Below, piece after piece: positions 10,023-19,919 of a stretch of DNA of 64,000 nt. The stretch lies in NCBI GenBank assembly GCA_007135805.1, contig SLID01000099.1, positions 1,882 to 65,881 on the forward strand. The letters are read 5' to 3'. Position numbers and translations under genes: made by a program. Numbering within the stretch: the stretch's first letter is position 1; every line of letters starts with the position of its first letter. This DNA comes from Candidatus Omnitrophota bacterium (lineage in GTDB: Bacteria > Omnitrophota > Gorgyraeia > Tantalellales > Tantalellaceae). Under the pieces are notes generated by a model that saw nothing but the letters and a program-made list of their open reading frames with translations, did not search any database and was not told the DNA's origin.

Positions 10023-11204
10023 ATGAAAAAGACGATCGCGGATATGGATCTCAGGGGTAAAAGAGTCCTGATGAGGGTCGACTACAATGTGCCTCTTGAC
10101 GGTGACCGGAAAATAACCGATGACAGCAGGATACAGGCGTCTCTGCCTTCCGTAAAATATGCCCTGGAACAAGGTGCCCGGCTCATACTGATGAGTCATC
10201 TTGGCAGACCCAAAGGAGAGGTAAAAGCTGAATTTTCGCTTTCTCCGGTGGCTGAAAGATTGTCGTGTCTTCTGGAACGGGATGTCAGAAAACTTGATGA
10301 TTGCGTAGGGGAAAAGGTCAAAGAAGCGGTCAATTCCATGGAAGACGGTGACGTCGTATTGCTCGAGAATTTACGGTTTCATAAAGAGGAAACGGCAAAT
10401 GACCCCGGGTTCGCCGGTGAGCTTGCCTCGCTTGGCGACATTTTTGTCAATGACGCTTTTGGGACTTGTCACAGGGCTCACGCGTCCACAGAGGGAGTGA
10501 CCAGACATCTACCAAGTGTGGCGGGTTTCCTGGTGGATAAGGAAATAAAGTATTTTGAAAAAGTTACGGGAGACCCCGACAAGCCTTTCGCGCTGATACT
10601 GGGCGGGGCCAAGGTATCTGACAAGATACCGGTCATAGAGAACATGTTGGACAAGATAGACTATCTTCTCATAGGCGGGGCCATGGCATACACCTTCCTG
10701 AAGTCCCGACTGAAAGGGATAGGGCTTTCCAGGGTAGAAGACGATATGATGGATACGGTTGACAGGATATTTTCTCTTGCCAGCGCGAAAGAAGTAAGCA
10801 TATTCCTGCCGGAAGACCATGTAGTGGCCGACGAGATAAAGGAAACAGCAAAACGAAAGACGACTTCTGACGAGCACATACCGGACGGATACATAGGCCT
10901 CGATATAGGCCCCAGGACGATAAAAAGCTACCGTTCTGTGCTGGCTGAATCCAGGACCATAGTTTGGAACGGTCCGGTAGGTTTTTTTGAGATGAAACCA
11001 TTTTCAAAAGGGACGCGTGAGGTAGCTAAATTTATAGCGAAGCTGAAAGCTACAACGGTAATCGGGGGCGGAGATACCGCTGCCGCCGTAAACCAACTCA
11101 AGCTTGGCGATAAGATGTCGCATATGTCGACGGGCGGAGGCGCGTCTTTGGAGTATCTTGAGGGAAAAGAGCTGCCCGGTATAGCCGCGCTTAATGATAA
11201 GTAA
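10023..11204 (+). CDS. pgk: Phosphoglycerate kinase
   Basis: RVDYNVP, SHLGRP, LLENLRF, DAFGTCHRAHAS, STGGGASLE. Confidence 0.98.
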   Translation: MKKTIADMDLRGKRVLMRVDYNVPLDGDRKITDDSRIQASLPSVKYALEQGARLILMSHLGRPKGEVKAEFSLSPVAERLSCLLERDVRKLDDCVGEKVKEAVNSMEDGDVVLLENLRFHKEETANDPGFAGELASLGDIFVNDAFGTCHRAHASTEGVTRHLPSVAGFLVDKEIKYFEKVTGDPDKPFALILGGAKVSDKIPVIENMLDKIDYLLIGGAMAYTFLKSRLKGIGLSRVEDDMMDTVDRIFSLASAKEVSIFLPEDHVVADEIKETAKRKTTSDEHIPDGYIGLDIGPRTIKSYRSVLAESRTIVWNGPVGFFEMKPFSKGTREVAKFIAKLKATTVIGGGDTAAAVNQLKLGDKMSHMSTGGGASLEYLEGKELPGIAALNDK

Positions 11205-11332
11205 TGACAGGAATGTTTTACCCTGTGAAACAAAAAGAATATCTGTAATATGTAATATGAGGGTTGGCACGGAAAGCAAGATCTCTACACCGGTTCCGTT
11301 AAGGCCGTAAAAAAAAAGAAAGGGGCGGAATA

Positions 11333-12112
11333 ATGCGCAGACCTATAATATCAGGTAACTGGAAGATGTACAAGGATATCAACGAAGCCATAGAGCTTGC
11401 TAACGCCGTTAAACGCGGAGTTTTCGATGTCGAAAATGTTGAGATCGTGATATGTCCTTCTTTTACCAACCTGAGTGAATTAGGCGAAATGTTTGTAGGT
11501 TCAAACGTGAGTGTCGGGGGGCAGAACTGCTATTGGGAAAAAGAGGGGGCTTATACCGGAGAGATATCCGTCCCTATGCTTAAAAGCGTGGGATGTTCAT
11601 ACGTCATAGTGGGGCATTCCGAGAGAAGGAAATATTTTGGGGAAACGGATGAGACGGTAAACAGGAAAATAGCGGCGGTCCTTGAGGAGGAGCTTGTCCC
11701 CATAATGTGTGTAGGAGAGACACTCGAAGAAAGAGAAGCCGGGAAGACACTGGAAGTGGTCAAGGACCAGGTTGTCGGGGGCCTCCGAAACTTCCAGGAA
11801 ACGCAGCTTGAAACACTGGTTATAGCTTATGAACCTGTATGGGCTATAGGGACGGGTAAAACGGCTACTCCTGGACAGGCCCAGGAAGTACATGCCATGA
11901 TACGTTCTCTTATGGCGGAATGTTTTTCCCCGGCGTTTGCGGACGCCGTGCGCATACTTTACGGGGGAAGCGTCAAGCCGGACAATGTCGGGGAGTTGAT
12001 GGCAGAGAGGGACATCGACGGCGGCCTCATAGGCGGGGCGAGTCTGAAAGCCGAGGGTTTTGTGGATATGGTAAAAACAACGTCTCAGCTGTATGCTGAA
12101 AAGAAGGGATAA
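11333..12112 (+). CDS. tpiA: Triosephosphate isomerase
   Basis: GNWKM, GHSERR, AYEPVWAIGTG, LYGGSV, GGASL. Confidence 0.98.
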   Translation: MRRPIISGNWKMYKDINEAIELANAVKRGVFDVENVEIVICPSFTNLSELGEMFVGSNVSVGGQNCYWEKEGAYTGEISVPMLKSVGCSYVIVGHSERRKYFGETDETVNRKIAAVLEEELVPIMCVGETLEEREAGKTLEVVKDQVVGGLRNFQETQLETLVIAYEPVWAIGTGKTATPGQAQEVHAMIRSLMAECFSPAFADAVRILYGGSVKPDNVGELMAERDIDGGLIGGASLKAEGFVDMVKTTSQLYAEKKG

Positions 12113-12114
12113 TA

Positions 12115-12624
12115 ATGTATACTGTTCTGATATTACTGCACGTTGTCCTGTGTATAGTGCTTATAGTCACCATTCTGCTGCAGGCGGGAAGAGGGGGCGG
12201 CCTCACGGAGATGATGGGAGGCGATACAGCCCAGTCGGTGTTGGGTACGCAGGCTCCGGTCCTTTTGAAAAAGATAACCACGATAAGCGCGGTGGGATTT
12301 ATTGTGACTTCAATGGTGCTGGGTATGGTCACCGCCCGCCGAGGAAGGTCTTTGTTCGAAAGTCCGATCATGCATCATACACGACCGGAAGAAGATTTAG
12401 CGTTTCCTTTTACTCAGATCCCTGAGGCGGAGCCTCTGACTGAAAGGCCGGCGGACTGGCCGGTAGTCCCGGATCCGGATTTCACTCACGACCCGGAAGA
12501 AGTTGAAGAGAGAGAGGAATTTTTCCCGGAAGTAACGGAAGATGAGGCCGAACCTGTCGGTTTTTTTGAAGAGGACCTGCTGCCGGAGGCGCATGAGGAC
12601 AGTCAGGAAGAAGACGCCCGGTAA
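12115..12624 (+). CDS. secG: Preprotein translocase subunit SecG with long acidic C-terminal tail
   Basis: Two TM helices with LLQAGRGGGL loop; canonical position after tpiA. Confidence 0.88.
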   Translation: MYTVLILLHVVLCIVLIVTILLQAGRGGGLTEMMGGDTAQSVLGTQAPVLLKKITTISAVGFIVTSMVLGMVTARRGRSLFESPIMHHTRPEEDLAFPFTQIPEAEPLTERPADWPVVPDPDFTHDPEEVEEREEFFPEVTEDEAEPVGFFEEDLLPEAHEDSQEEDAR

Positions 12625-12670
12625 AAAGTTCCGTTTTTCCGGATCGGTCAGGTATAAGAACAGAGGGCCA

Positions 12671-14272
12671 TTGCCGATTTTGAGGGTAGTGGCCCTTTCT
12701 TTTGTATTTTTGTCTCACCCCGCGGTTGCTGTCGGGGAAGAGCCGGAAATAATCCCAAGGGACGCCTACGTGTCGGCCGGGATAGGAGACGCCAGGGTGC
12801 TTATACCTTTTCTCGCCGACGACGTGACATCCAGTTCCATATGCAACCTCGTATATAACGGACTGACAAAGGTGGACAAAGATCTTAATGTTGTTCCGGA
12901 TCTCGCCGAAAGCTGGGAGATCTCGGAAGACGGGCTGGAGATCGTTTTTCGCCTGAGAAAAGACGTTTACTGGCATGACGGAGAACCCTTCACCGCGGAT
13001 GATGTCAAGTTCACCTACGACCTTATCCTGGATCCGGTTACGGCCTGTCCATATGTATCAAGCTACAGCCAGATAAAGACCGTAGAGGTAGTGGATCAGA
13101 GTACTGTGCGCTTTGTTTACAGTGAACCGTACGCTCCGGCGATACTGAAGCTTGGGATGGGAATAGTACCCAAACATCTTTTTCGGGATGTAGAAGACCT
13201 TAGGCGAAGCGTTTATGCCAGAAAACCAGTTGGCACGGGGCCTTATAAGTTCGTGGAGTGGAAAACCGGAGAGTACATGGTGCTGGAAGCTAATGAAGAT
13301 TATTTTCTACATACTCCTCGCATCAAGCGTTATGTTTACCGCATAATCCCGGACCAGAGTGTGCAGTTTCTGGAGCTTGTAACGGGTGGGATCGATTCAA
13401 TGGAACTTAATCCCTATCAGTTCCTTTACCGCAGTGAGACCCCGGAGTTCCGAGAGAGGGTAAAAAAATACAGATACCTGTCACGTTCGTATACTTTTGT
13501 GGGATACAACCTTAACGATCCCATACTTGGTGACAAACGTGTGCGGCAGGCCCTGAGCTACGCGATAAACGAGAAGGACCTTATTGATTCGGTCATGCTG
13601 GGCCAGGCCGAACCCATATCCGGACCTTTTATAAAGGGATCCGCCTATTATAACCCGTTGGCCAGGGCGTATGATCACGATATCCTGAAAGCTGCCATGC
13701 TTTTGAGAGAAGCCGGGTGGGCTGACGTCGACGGGTCGGGTGTACTTTCAAAGGACGGGCGCCCGCTCCATATAGTTATAGCTACCAATCAGGGCAGCCA
13801 GGTCAGAGAGGACGTGGCTACGGTGATACAAAGCCACTGGGCGAAATTGGGTGTGAGCAGCGAGATACAGGTCATCGCCTGGTCGGCTTTTCTTAACCAG
13901 TTTATCGACAAGCGGAATTTTCAGGCGGTGATCCTCGGGTGGACCATACCAACAGATCCCGATATTTTCGCTGTCTGGCATTCAAGTTCAGCGGTTACCG
14001 GCGGCCTCAACTTTGTGTCTTTTTCCAATGAGGAAGTGGACGCCCTGATAGAGAGGGGCCGTAGGGAGTTCTGCCCTGAAGAAAGAAAAGAGATATACCA
14101 AAAAGCTCACGCCCTTATAGCTGAGGAGGCGCCTTATACTTTTCTTTTTTCCCCTTATTCTCTCCCGGCCGTAAGCCGTCGGGTGAAAGGCATAGTTCCC
14201 GCCCCGGCTGGTATAGGTTATAATCTTATCGAGTGGTATGTCCCGGAGGAAGAGATAAGGTACAGGTTTTGA
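12671..14272 (+). CDS. Peptide ABC transporter substrate-binding protein (family 5); start uncertain (12593/12671/12680)
   Basis: PDLAESWE, LRKDVYWHDGEPFTADDVKFT, PVGTGPYKF; signal peptide ending PAVA. Confidence 0.9.
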   Translation: MPILRVVALSFVFLSHPAVAVGEEPEIIPRDAYVSAGIGDARVLIPFLADDVTSSSICNLVYNGLTKVDKDLNVVPDLAESWEISEDGLEIVFRLRKDVYWHDGEPFTADDVKFTYDLILDPVTACPYVSSYSQIKTVEVVDQSTVRFVYSEPYAPAILKLGMGIVPKHLFRDVEDLRRSVYARKPVGTGPYKFVEWKTGEYMVLEANEDYFLHTPRIKRYVYRIIPDQSVQFLELVTGGIDSMELNPYQFLYRSETPEFRERVKKYRYLSRSYTFVGYNLNDPILGDKRVRQALSYAINEKDLIDSVMLGQAEPISGPFIKGSAYYNPLARAYDHDILKAAMLLREAGWADVDGSGVLSKDGRPLHIVIATNQGSQVREDVATVIQSHWAKLGVSSEIQVIAWSAFLNQFIDKRNFQAVILGWTIPTDPDIFAVWHSSSAVTGGLNFVSFSNEEVDALIERGRREFCPEERKEIYQKAHALIAEEAPYTFLFSPYSLPAVSRRVKGIVPAPAGIGYNLIEWYVPEEEIRYRF

Positions 14273-14290
14273 GGGGTATTACGGAGTATC

Positions 14291-15271
14291 ATGAAAACAT
14301 ACGTAGTTAAACGGCTTCTTTTGATGGTTCCCATGCTTTTCGGCATTTCTCTGGTGATGTTCTTAATAATGCATCTCGCGCCCGGAGATCCCGCCAGTAT
14401 AAGATATGGCCTTAACCCCGAAGTCTCTGATACGGCGCGCGAAGCGTTCAGTGAGATGTACGGGCTCGACCGGCCGGTATTGGAACAGTATTTCATGTGG
14501 CTGAGAAGGTTTGTCACCATGGACTTCGGGCGGTCTCTCGTCGATGACAGGCCCGTAATAGCCAAGGTAATGGCCCATCTTCCCGCGACACTTCTTCTTC
14601 AGATATCTTCGATCCTGGTTATCTTTTTTGTAGCGCTTCCCATCGGAATAATAAGCGCCATAAAGAGGGATTCTCTTTTCGATAAAGCGTCCACGGTGTT
14701 CGTGTTCATAGGTTACGCCATGCCCACTTTCTGGCTGGCCATACTTCTTGTTTTCTTTTTTTCGTTCAAACTCGGCTGGCTTCCCGTTTCGGGCATGAGG
14801 CCGTGGTATGCCCAGTATCTGGATACCGGGGGGCAGGTACTGGATCTTTTAAGGCACTTGGCTCTACCCCTCATAGCCACGTCTTTCGGAGGGCTGGCCG
14901 CTCTTTCGAGATACGCCCGTTCGAGCATGGTAGAGGTGATGAAAGAAAATTATGTTCTTACGGCCAGGGCCAAGGGACTTTCGGAGAAGAGGGTAATGCT
15001 GGTCCATGTCCTGGGTAACGCGCTCTTACCGGTTGTAACGATACTTGGGCTTACACTGCCGGTGCTTATTTCGGGAAGCTTTATTTTTGAGACCATTTTT
15101 GCCTGGCCCGGAATGGGAAGATTGGGGTACGAGGCCATCATGCACTACGATTACCCAGTGGTGATGGGGGTTGGGGTAATAGCCACACTGTTGACGCTTC
15201 TGGGTATTTTTCTATCAGATATCGCTTATGTCATGATAGATCCCAGAATAAGGTTTGAAAGCCGCAAATAG
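14291..15271 (+). CDS. Oligo/dipeptide ABC permease (OppB/DppB)
   Basis: LAPGDP, YVLTARAKGL EAA loop, ETIFAWPGMG, DPRIR. Confidence 0.93.
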   Translation: MKTYVVKRLLLMVPMLFGISLVMFLIMHLAPGDPASIRYGLNPEVSDTAREAFSEMYGLDRPVLEQYFMWLRRFVTMDFGRSLVDDRPVIAKVMAHLPATLLLQISSILVIFFVALPIGIISAIKRDSLFDKASTVFVFIGYAMPTFWLAILLVFFFSFKLGWLPVSGMRPWYAQYLDTGGQVLDLLRHLALPLIATSFGGLAALSRYARSSMVEVMKENYVLTARAKGLSEKRVMLVHVLGNALLPVVTILGLTLPVLISGSFIFETIFAWPGMGRLGYEAIMHYDYPVVMGVGVIATLLTLLGIFLSDIAYVMIDPRIRFESRK

Positions 15272-15301
15272 CGAAGGTCATAACGCTCGGAGGATCGAAA
15301 A

Positions 15302-16117
15302 ATGAATATGCGCCTGATATTCGGGATAGCGATAGTGGTATTTATGGGAGTGAGCGCCCTGCTGGCCCCTGTTATCGCTACGCATGATCCGCTTGAGGTA
15401 GATCTTTCAGCCGAAGCTCGTCTTCAGCCTCCGTCGATGAAACATTTTTTCGGCACGGATAATCTGGGAAGGGACGTTTACAGCAGGATGGTATACGGCG
15501 CCAGGGTATCCTTAAGCGTCGGGTTCATAGCCGTGGCCATATCTCTCCTGATAGGTTTGACGCTTGGCGGAATAAGCGGTTATTACGGGGGATGGGTGGA
15601 CGGGGTCATAATGCGGATGGTCGAGATAATGTATTGTTTTCCCACGTTCTTTCTGATAATGATGGTCATAACTTTTCTGGGTCCCAGTATAGTCAATGTC
15701 ATGATCGTGATAGGACTGACAAGCTGGGCCGGCCTGTGCCGGCTGGTGCGGGCGGAGTTTCTTACTCTCAGAGAGCGTGATTTTGTTTTTTCGGCCAGAG
15801 TACAGGGAGTCTCTCATTCCAGGATAATTTTCCGCCACATATTGCCCAACGCCATGGCTCCGGTATATGTCAGCGCGACTTTGAGCGTTGGAGGCGCCAT
15901 TCTTGTGGAAAGCGCTCTATCATTTCTTGGGCTTGGCGTTCAGATACCCGCTCCGAGCTGGGGGAATATACTCACGTCGGGCAAGGGGTACATGGATTAT
16001 GCCTGGTGGCTTACGCTATACCCCGGTCTCGCGATCCTTATAACGGTATTGAGCTTTAATCTGATTGGCGAAGGACTGAGGGATATCCTTGATCCCAAAA
16101 TGAGCAGGGCCCGGTAG
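15302..16117 (+). CDS. Oligo/dipeptide ABC permease (OppC/DppC)
   Basis: HFFGTDNLGRD, RHILPN, ESALSFLGLG, PSWG. Confidence 0.93.
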   Translation: MNMRLIFGIAIVVFMGVSALLAPVIATHDPLEVDLSAEARLQPPSMKHFFGTDNLGRDVYSRMVYGARVSLSVGFIAVAISLLIGLTLGGISGYYGGWVDGVIMRMVEIMYCFPTFFLIMMVITFLGPSIVNVMIVIGLTSWAGLCRLVRAEFLTLRERDFVFSARVQGVSHSRIIFRHILPNAMAPVYVSATLSVGGAILVESALSFLGLGVQIPAPSWGNILTSGKGYMDYAWWLTLYPGLAILITVLSFNLIGEGLRDILDPKMSRAR

Positions 16118-16148
16118 AAACGAAAGGGCAGGACATAGAGAGAGAGGA

Positions 16149-16958
16149 ATGGCAGAAGACAAAAAGATACTCAGGATAGAGGATCTCAGTGTGGAAATCG
16201 CCGGGAGGCAAGTTATAGACGGCGTTTCTCTGGGGGTGGACAAGGGAGAGGTACTGGCCATCGTAGGGGAGTCCGGCAGCGGAAAAACATTGACCGGTCT
16301 TGCCATAATGGACCTGTTACCGGACTCGGCCGTTCGGCGGTCAGGGAGGGTGTTTTTCCGCGATGATGACATTTTCTCTATGGGAAATAAAGCGAAAAGA
16401 AAAATAAGGGGCAAAGACATCGCCATGGTCTTCCAGGAGCCTTTCACGGCCATGAATCCCGTTATGAAGGTCGGGCATCAGATCGGTGAAGTTATAGACG
16501 CGCATTTTCGCGTTGCAAAAGAGCAAAAAAAAGCTCGGGTAGAGGAGCTTCTGGGTACGGTAAAGCTTTCAGTTGACGTGATGGACAGCTATCCTCACGA
16601 GCTTTCGGGAGGTATGCGCCAGAGGGCGATAATTGCCATGGCTCTCGCTTGCGGTCCGGAGGTGCTCATACTTGACGAGCCGACTACGGCGCTTGATGTA
16701 TCCATTCAGAAGGAAGTGATTGATCTTATACGGAATCTGCAGAAGGAGCGAGATTTTGCCGCTTTTTTCATAACGCATGATTTTTCAGTGGTCAACCTGG
16801 TGGCAGATACTGTCGCGGTGATGAGGTACGGTAAAATAATAGAATATGGCGTTAAAGAAAATGTGCTTAGAAACCCAAAAGAGCGGTATACGAGGCATCT
16901 GATCGACTGTGTGCCCAGAATGGGAGATAAACGTAAAAGGCTTGGCGCGGATGTTTAA
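16149..16958 (+). CDS. Oligo/dipeptide ABC ATPase (OppD/DppD)
   Basis: [29 protein letters not shown]. Confidence 0.93.
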   Translation: MAEDKKILRIEDLSVEIAGRQVIDGVSLGVDKGEVLAIVGESGSGKTLTGLAIMDLLPDSAVRRSGRVFFRDDDIFSMGNKAKRKIRGKDIAMVFQEPFTAMNPVMKVGHQIGEVIDAHFRVAKEQKKARVEELLGTVKLSVDVMDSYPHELSGGMRQRAIIAMALACGPEVLILDEPTTALDVSIQKEVIDLIRNLQKERDFAAFFITHDFSVVNLVADTVAVMRYGKIIEYGVKENVLRNPKERYTRHLIDCVPRMGDKRKRLGADV

Positions 16959-17685
16959 CACGGCGGAGATAAGGGACGTAAAAAAGTATTTTACTTCTGG
17001 CGGTTTTTTCGGCCCTGCCAGGGATGTCGTTAAGGCGGTGGACGGCGTAAGCTTTTACTGCCAGAAAGGCAGGACTTTCGGGCTTGTAGGGGAGTCTGGA
17101 TCAGGGAAATCCACCATTGCCAAACTGGTGGCAGGTATATTGAGGCCCGATCATGGCAAAGTCACCGTGCATGGCGAGAAAGATATAGTGTTCCAGGATC
17201 CCTACAGTTCACTCAATCCCCGGATGACCGTGAGGCAGATAGTGGTAGAGCCTCTTTTTGTCAGAGGTGTCGACAAACAGGAAATATCAGAGAGGGCCGA
17301 GGCGGTATTAAGCAAAGTTAGATTGGACGCCGGATCCTGTTTTTTTAAATATCCGCACCAGTTCTCAGGCGGGGAACGCCAGAGGATAGCTATAGCCAGA
17401 TCCCTTATAAAAGAGCCCGATCTTCTGGTGCTTGACGAACCGGTATCCAGCCTGGACGTTTCTATACAGGCGGATATACTGAACCTTCTAAAGGATCTGC
17501 AGGAAGAGCTTTCTCTTTCCTACCTGTTCATTTCCCACGATCTAAGGGTGGTCGAATTCATGTCTGATACTGTGGGCGTGATGAAAAGCGGACGCGTCGT
17601 GGAAGTAGCGGACAGTGAAGCGCTGTACAGATATCCCAAAGACCCCTATACGAAAAAGCTTTTCGAGGCGATCCCATCGTTTTAG
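16951..17685 (+). CDS. Oligo/dipeptide ABC ATPase (OppF/DppF)
   Basis: GESGSGKST, FQDPYSSLNPR, YPHQFSGGERQR, DEPVSSLDV. Confidence 0.93.
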   Translation: MFNTAEIRDVKKYFTSGGFFGPARDVVKAVDGVSFYCQKGRTFGLVGESGSGKSTIAKLVAGILRPDHGKVTVHGEKDIVFQDPYSSLNPRMTVRQIVVEPLFVRGVDKQEISERAEAVLSKVRLDAGSCFFKYPHQFSGGERQRIAIARSLIKEPDLLVLDEPVSSLDVSIQADILNLLKDLQEELSLSYLFISHDLRVVEFMSDTVGVMKSGRVVEVADSEALYRYPKDPYTKKLFEAIPSF

Positions 17686-17851
17686 GCCGGCATGAGTGTC
17701 GCGGATCTCGGCTCCGGGCAGTGCCGCATACGCAGGCCTGTTACTCTTTTTTGAGGTGTCCGGCCCGTGAGGTAACGAATTGTTTGATATGGCACCCCCC
17801 TTCTCGGCGGGGATCTTGCGAATGGAAATACGAGGCCTCTCAACAAGCCGA

Positions 17852-17880
17852 TTGATTTTAGCAAAGAAATCTGATAGACT
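17852..17880 (+). promoter_or_regulatory. Putative promoter of leuCDB-asd-truA
   Basis: TTGATT, 17 bp, TAGACT with extended -10 TG. Confidence 0.5.
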
Positions 17881-18014
17881 GGCAAATCATGAACGGAGGG
17901 GAGTATGGCGCCGGGCTGGGTTTTGTCCGGATCCGTAGATACCTGCCGGCGATCAAGGGCGGGTCCCGACCAGCGGGACGCGGGTGAGTCCGGCAGATGC
18001 CAAGGAGAATAACT

Positions 18015-19295
18015 ATGGGATATACTATAACCGAAAAAATACTGCTTTCACATTCCAGGGGGACCAGGAGCATAGCTCCTGGAGACTTTGTAATGGCTGA
18101 CGTGGATCTGTGTTTGGGGAATGATGTAACAAGCCCTATAGCCATAAAGGAGTTCAGGGAACTAGGTTTCGACAGGGTGTTCAACAGTAAGAGAGTCCTG
18201 CTTGTGCCAGATCATTTTCTGCCCGCCAAGGATATGAAAAGCGCCAACCAGGCCCGGTTGCTTAAGGATTTCGCGGAAGAGTTTAAGATCGATAACTATT
18301 TCGAACTCGGGGAAATGGGTGTAGAGCATGCCCTTTTGCCTGAGAGAGGGATCATACTTCCCGGGGATCTTATGATAGGCGCCGACTCGCATACATGCAC
18401 ACACGGCGCTCTTGGGGCCTTCGCGACAGGTGTCGGGTCCACCGACCTTGGTTACGCGATGGCTTTCGGGGAATGCTGGCTTAAGGTTCCGGAGACCATA
18501 AAGATCGTTCTTACGGGAAAACCTCGAAAGTGGGTAGGGGGCAAAGATATAATCTTGCATATAATCTCGGACCTTGGGGTTTCGGGGGCTCTCTACAAAG
18601 CGATGGAATTCGCGGGGGACACTTTACAATACCTGGATATGGATGACAGGTTTAGCATATGCAACATGGCTGTTGAAGCCGGGGCCAAGAACGGTATAGT
18701 CCCGCCGGACAAGATCACGGAAAGCTATGTGAAGGCCGCGATAAGAAAGTACAAGCCTTCGCGCAAGACTTATAAGGCCGTCAAGAGTGATAAGGACGCG
18801 GTTTACTCGGAGACCAGAGAGTACAACGTGTCAAAATTGGAGCCCGTGGTGGCCGCTCCCGATCTCCCGTCGAACGGAAAGCCGGTAAGCGGCTATAAGA
18901 ATGTCAAGGTTGACCAGGTTGTCGTGGGTTCTTGCACTAACGGGCGGATAAGCGATCTAAAGACAGCGGCCTCTGTTCTGAAAGGAAAAAGAGTTTCGCC
19001 TGATGTGCGTCTGGTGGTAATACCCGCGACCCAGGATGTGTACAGGGAGGCGGTCAAACAGGGGTATGCCGAGATATTCGTAAAAGCGGGTGGGACTTTT
19101 TGTACGCCCAGCTGCGGACCGTGCCTCGGAGGCCATATGGGTATACTTTCGGAGGGAGAGGTCGCGTTAGCTACGACCAACCGGAACTTTGTGGGACGTA
19201 TGGGGCATCCCAAAAGCCTGGTTTACCTGTCTAACCCGGCTATTGCCGCCGCTTCGGCGGTGAAGGGTATTATAGCCCATCCATCCGACCTTTAA
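18015..19295 (+). CDS. leuC: 3-isopropylmalate dehydratase large subunit (LeuC/HacA subfamily)
   Basis: ADSHTCTHG, GSCTNGR, CGPCLG Fe-S ligands, TTNRNF.GRMG. Confidence 0.93.
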   Translation: MGYTITEKILLSHSRGTRSIAPGDFVMADVDLCLGNDVTSPIAIKEFRELGFDRVFNSKRVLLVPDHFLPAKDMKSANQARLLKDFAEEFKIDNYFELGEMGVEHALLPERGIILPGDLMIGADSHTCTHGALGAFATGVGSTDLGYAMAFGECWLKVPETIKIVLTGKPRKWVGGKDIILHIISDLGVSGALYKAMEFAGDTLQYLDMDDRFSICNMAVEAGAKNGIVPPDKITESYVKAAIRKYKPSRKTYKAVKSDKDAVYSETREYNVSKLEPVVAAPDLPSNGKPVSGYKNVKVDQVVVGSCTNGRISDLKTAASVLKGKRVSPDVRLVVIPATQDVYREAVKQGYAEIFVKAGGTFCTPSCGPCLGGHMGILSEGEVALATTNRNFVGRMGHPKSLVYLSNPAIAAASAVKGIIAHPSDL

Positions 19296-19389
19296 CGCGC
19301 CGGGACCGTTGTCCGGCGCTACTATGATGTAACGGCAAAAAAGGACAGGAAAGATTTATTCTCCTGCCCGTAAATCAGAGGTGGACCAG

Positions 19390-19893
19390 ATGAAGTTCAA
19401 AGGAAAGGTACATAAGTTCGGGGATAATGTGAATACCGATGAGATAATACCCGCGCGATACCTTAATACGTCAGACCCCGAGGAGTTGGCGAAGCATTGC
19501 ATGGAAGACGCCGACCCCGAATTCGTTGAAAAAGCGGTTGAGGGAGACATTATTTTCGGTGGTGAAAATTTTGGATGCGGATCTTCCAGAGAACACGCCC
19601 CAATAGCCATAAAGGCTTTTGGTGTTTCATGCGTCGTAGCTAAAAGTTTCGCCCGTATATTCTACCGCAACGCCATCAACATAGGACTGCCGATATTCAC
19701 GAGTGAAGATGCCGTGCGGGATATAAAGACGGGCGATAAGGTCGAAGTTGACGCGGTTAAAGGACAGATAAAAAAGGTCGGCAGAAAAGGGTCTTTCAAT
19801 GTTGAGGTCTTCCCGAAATTCATAAAGGAAATAGTTGCAAGCGGAGGACTCATGGGATACGCCGCGAAAAAGGCCAGGCGGGTAAAACAGTAA
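19390..19893 (+). CDS. leuD: 3-isopropylmalate dehydratase small subunit
   Basis: NTDEIIPARY, NFGCGSSREHA, SFARIFYRN. Confidence 0.94.
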   Translation: MKFKGKVHKFGDNVNTDEIIPARYLNTSDPEELAKHCMEDADPEFVEKAVEGDIIFGGENFGCGSSREHAPIAIKAFGVSCVVAKSFARIFYRNAINIGLPIFTSEDAVRDIKTGDKVEVDAVKGQIKKVGRKGSFNVEVFPKFIKEIVASGGLMGYAAKKARRVKQ

Positions 19894-19919
19894 TGAGAAA
19901 AAAAGACTTTGGAGGCGAA

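Noticed and set aside
12625-12670. tRNA-Leu often found after secG
   Set aside because: No cloverleaf or TTCGA arm; the space is taken by the ABC substrate-binding gene start.
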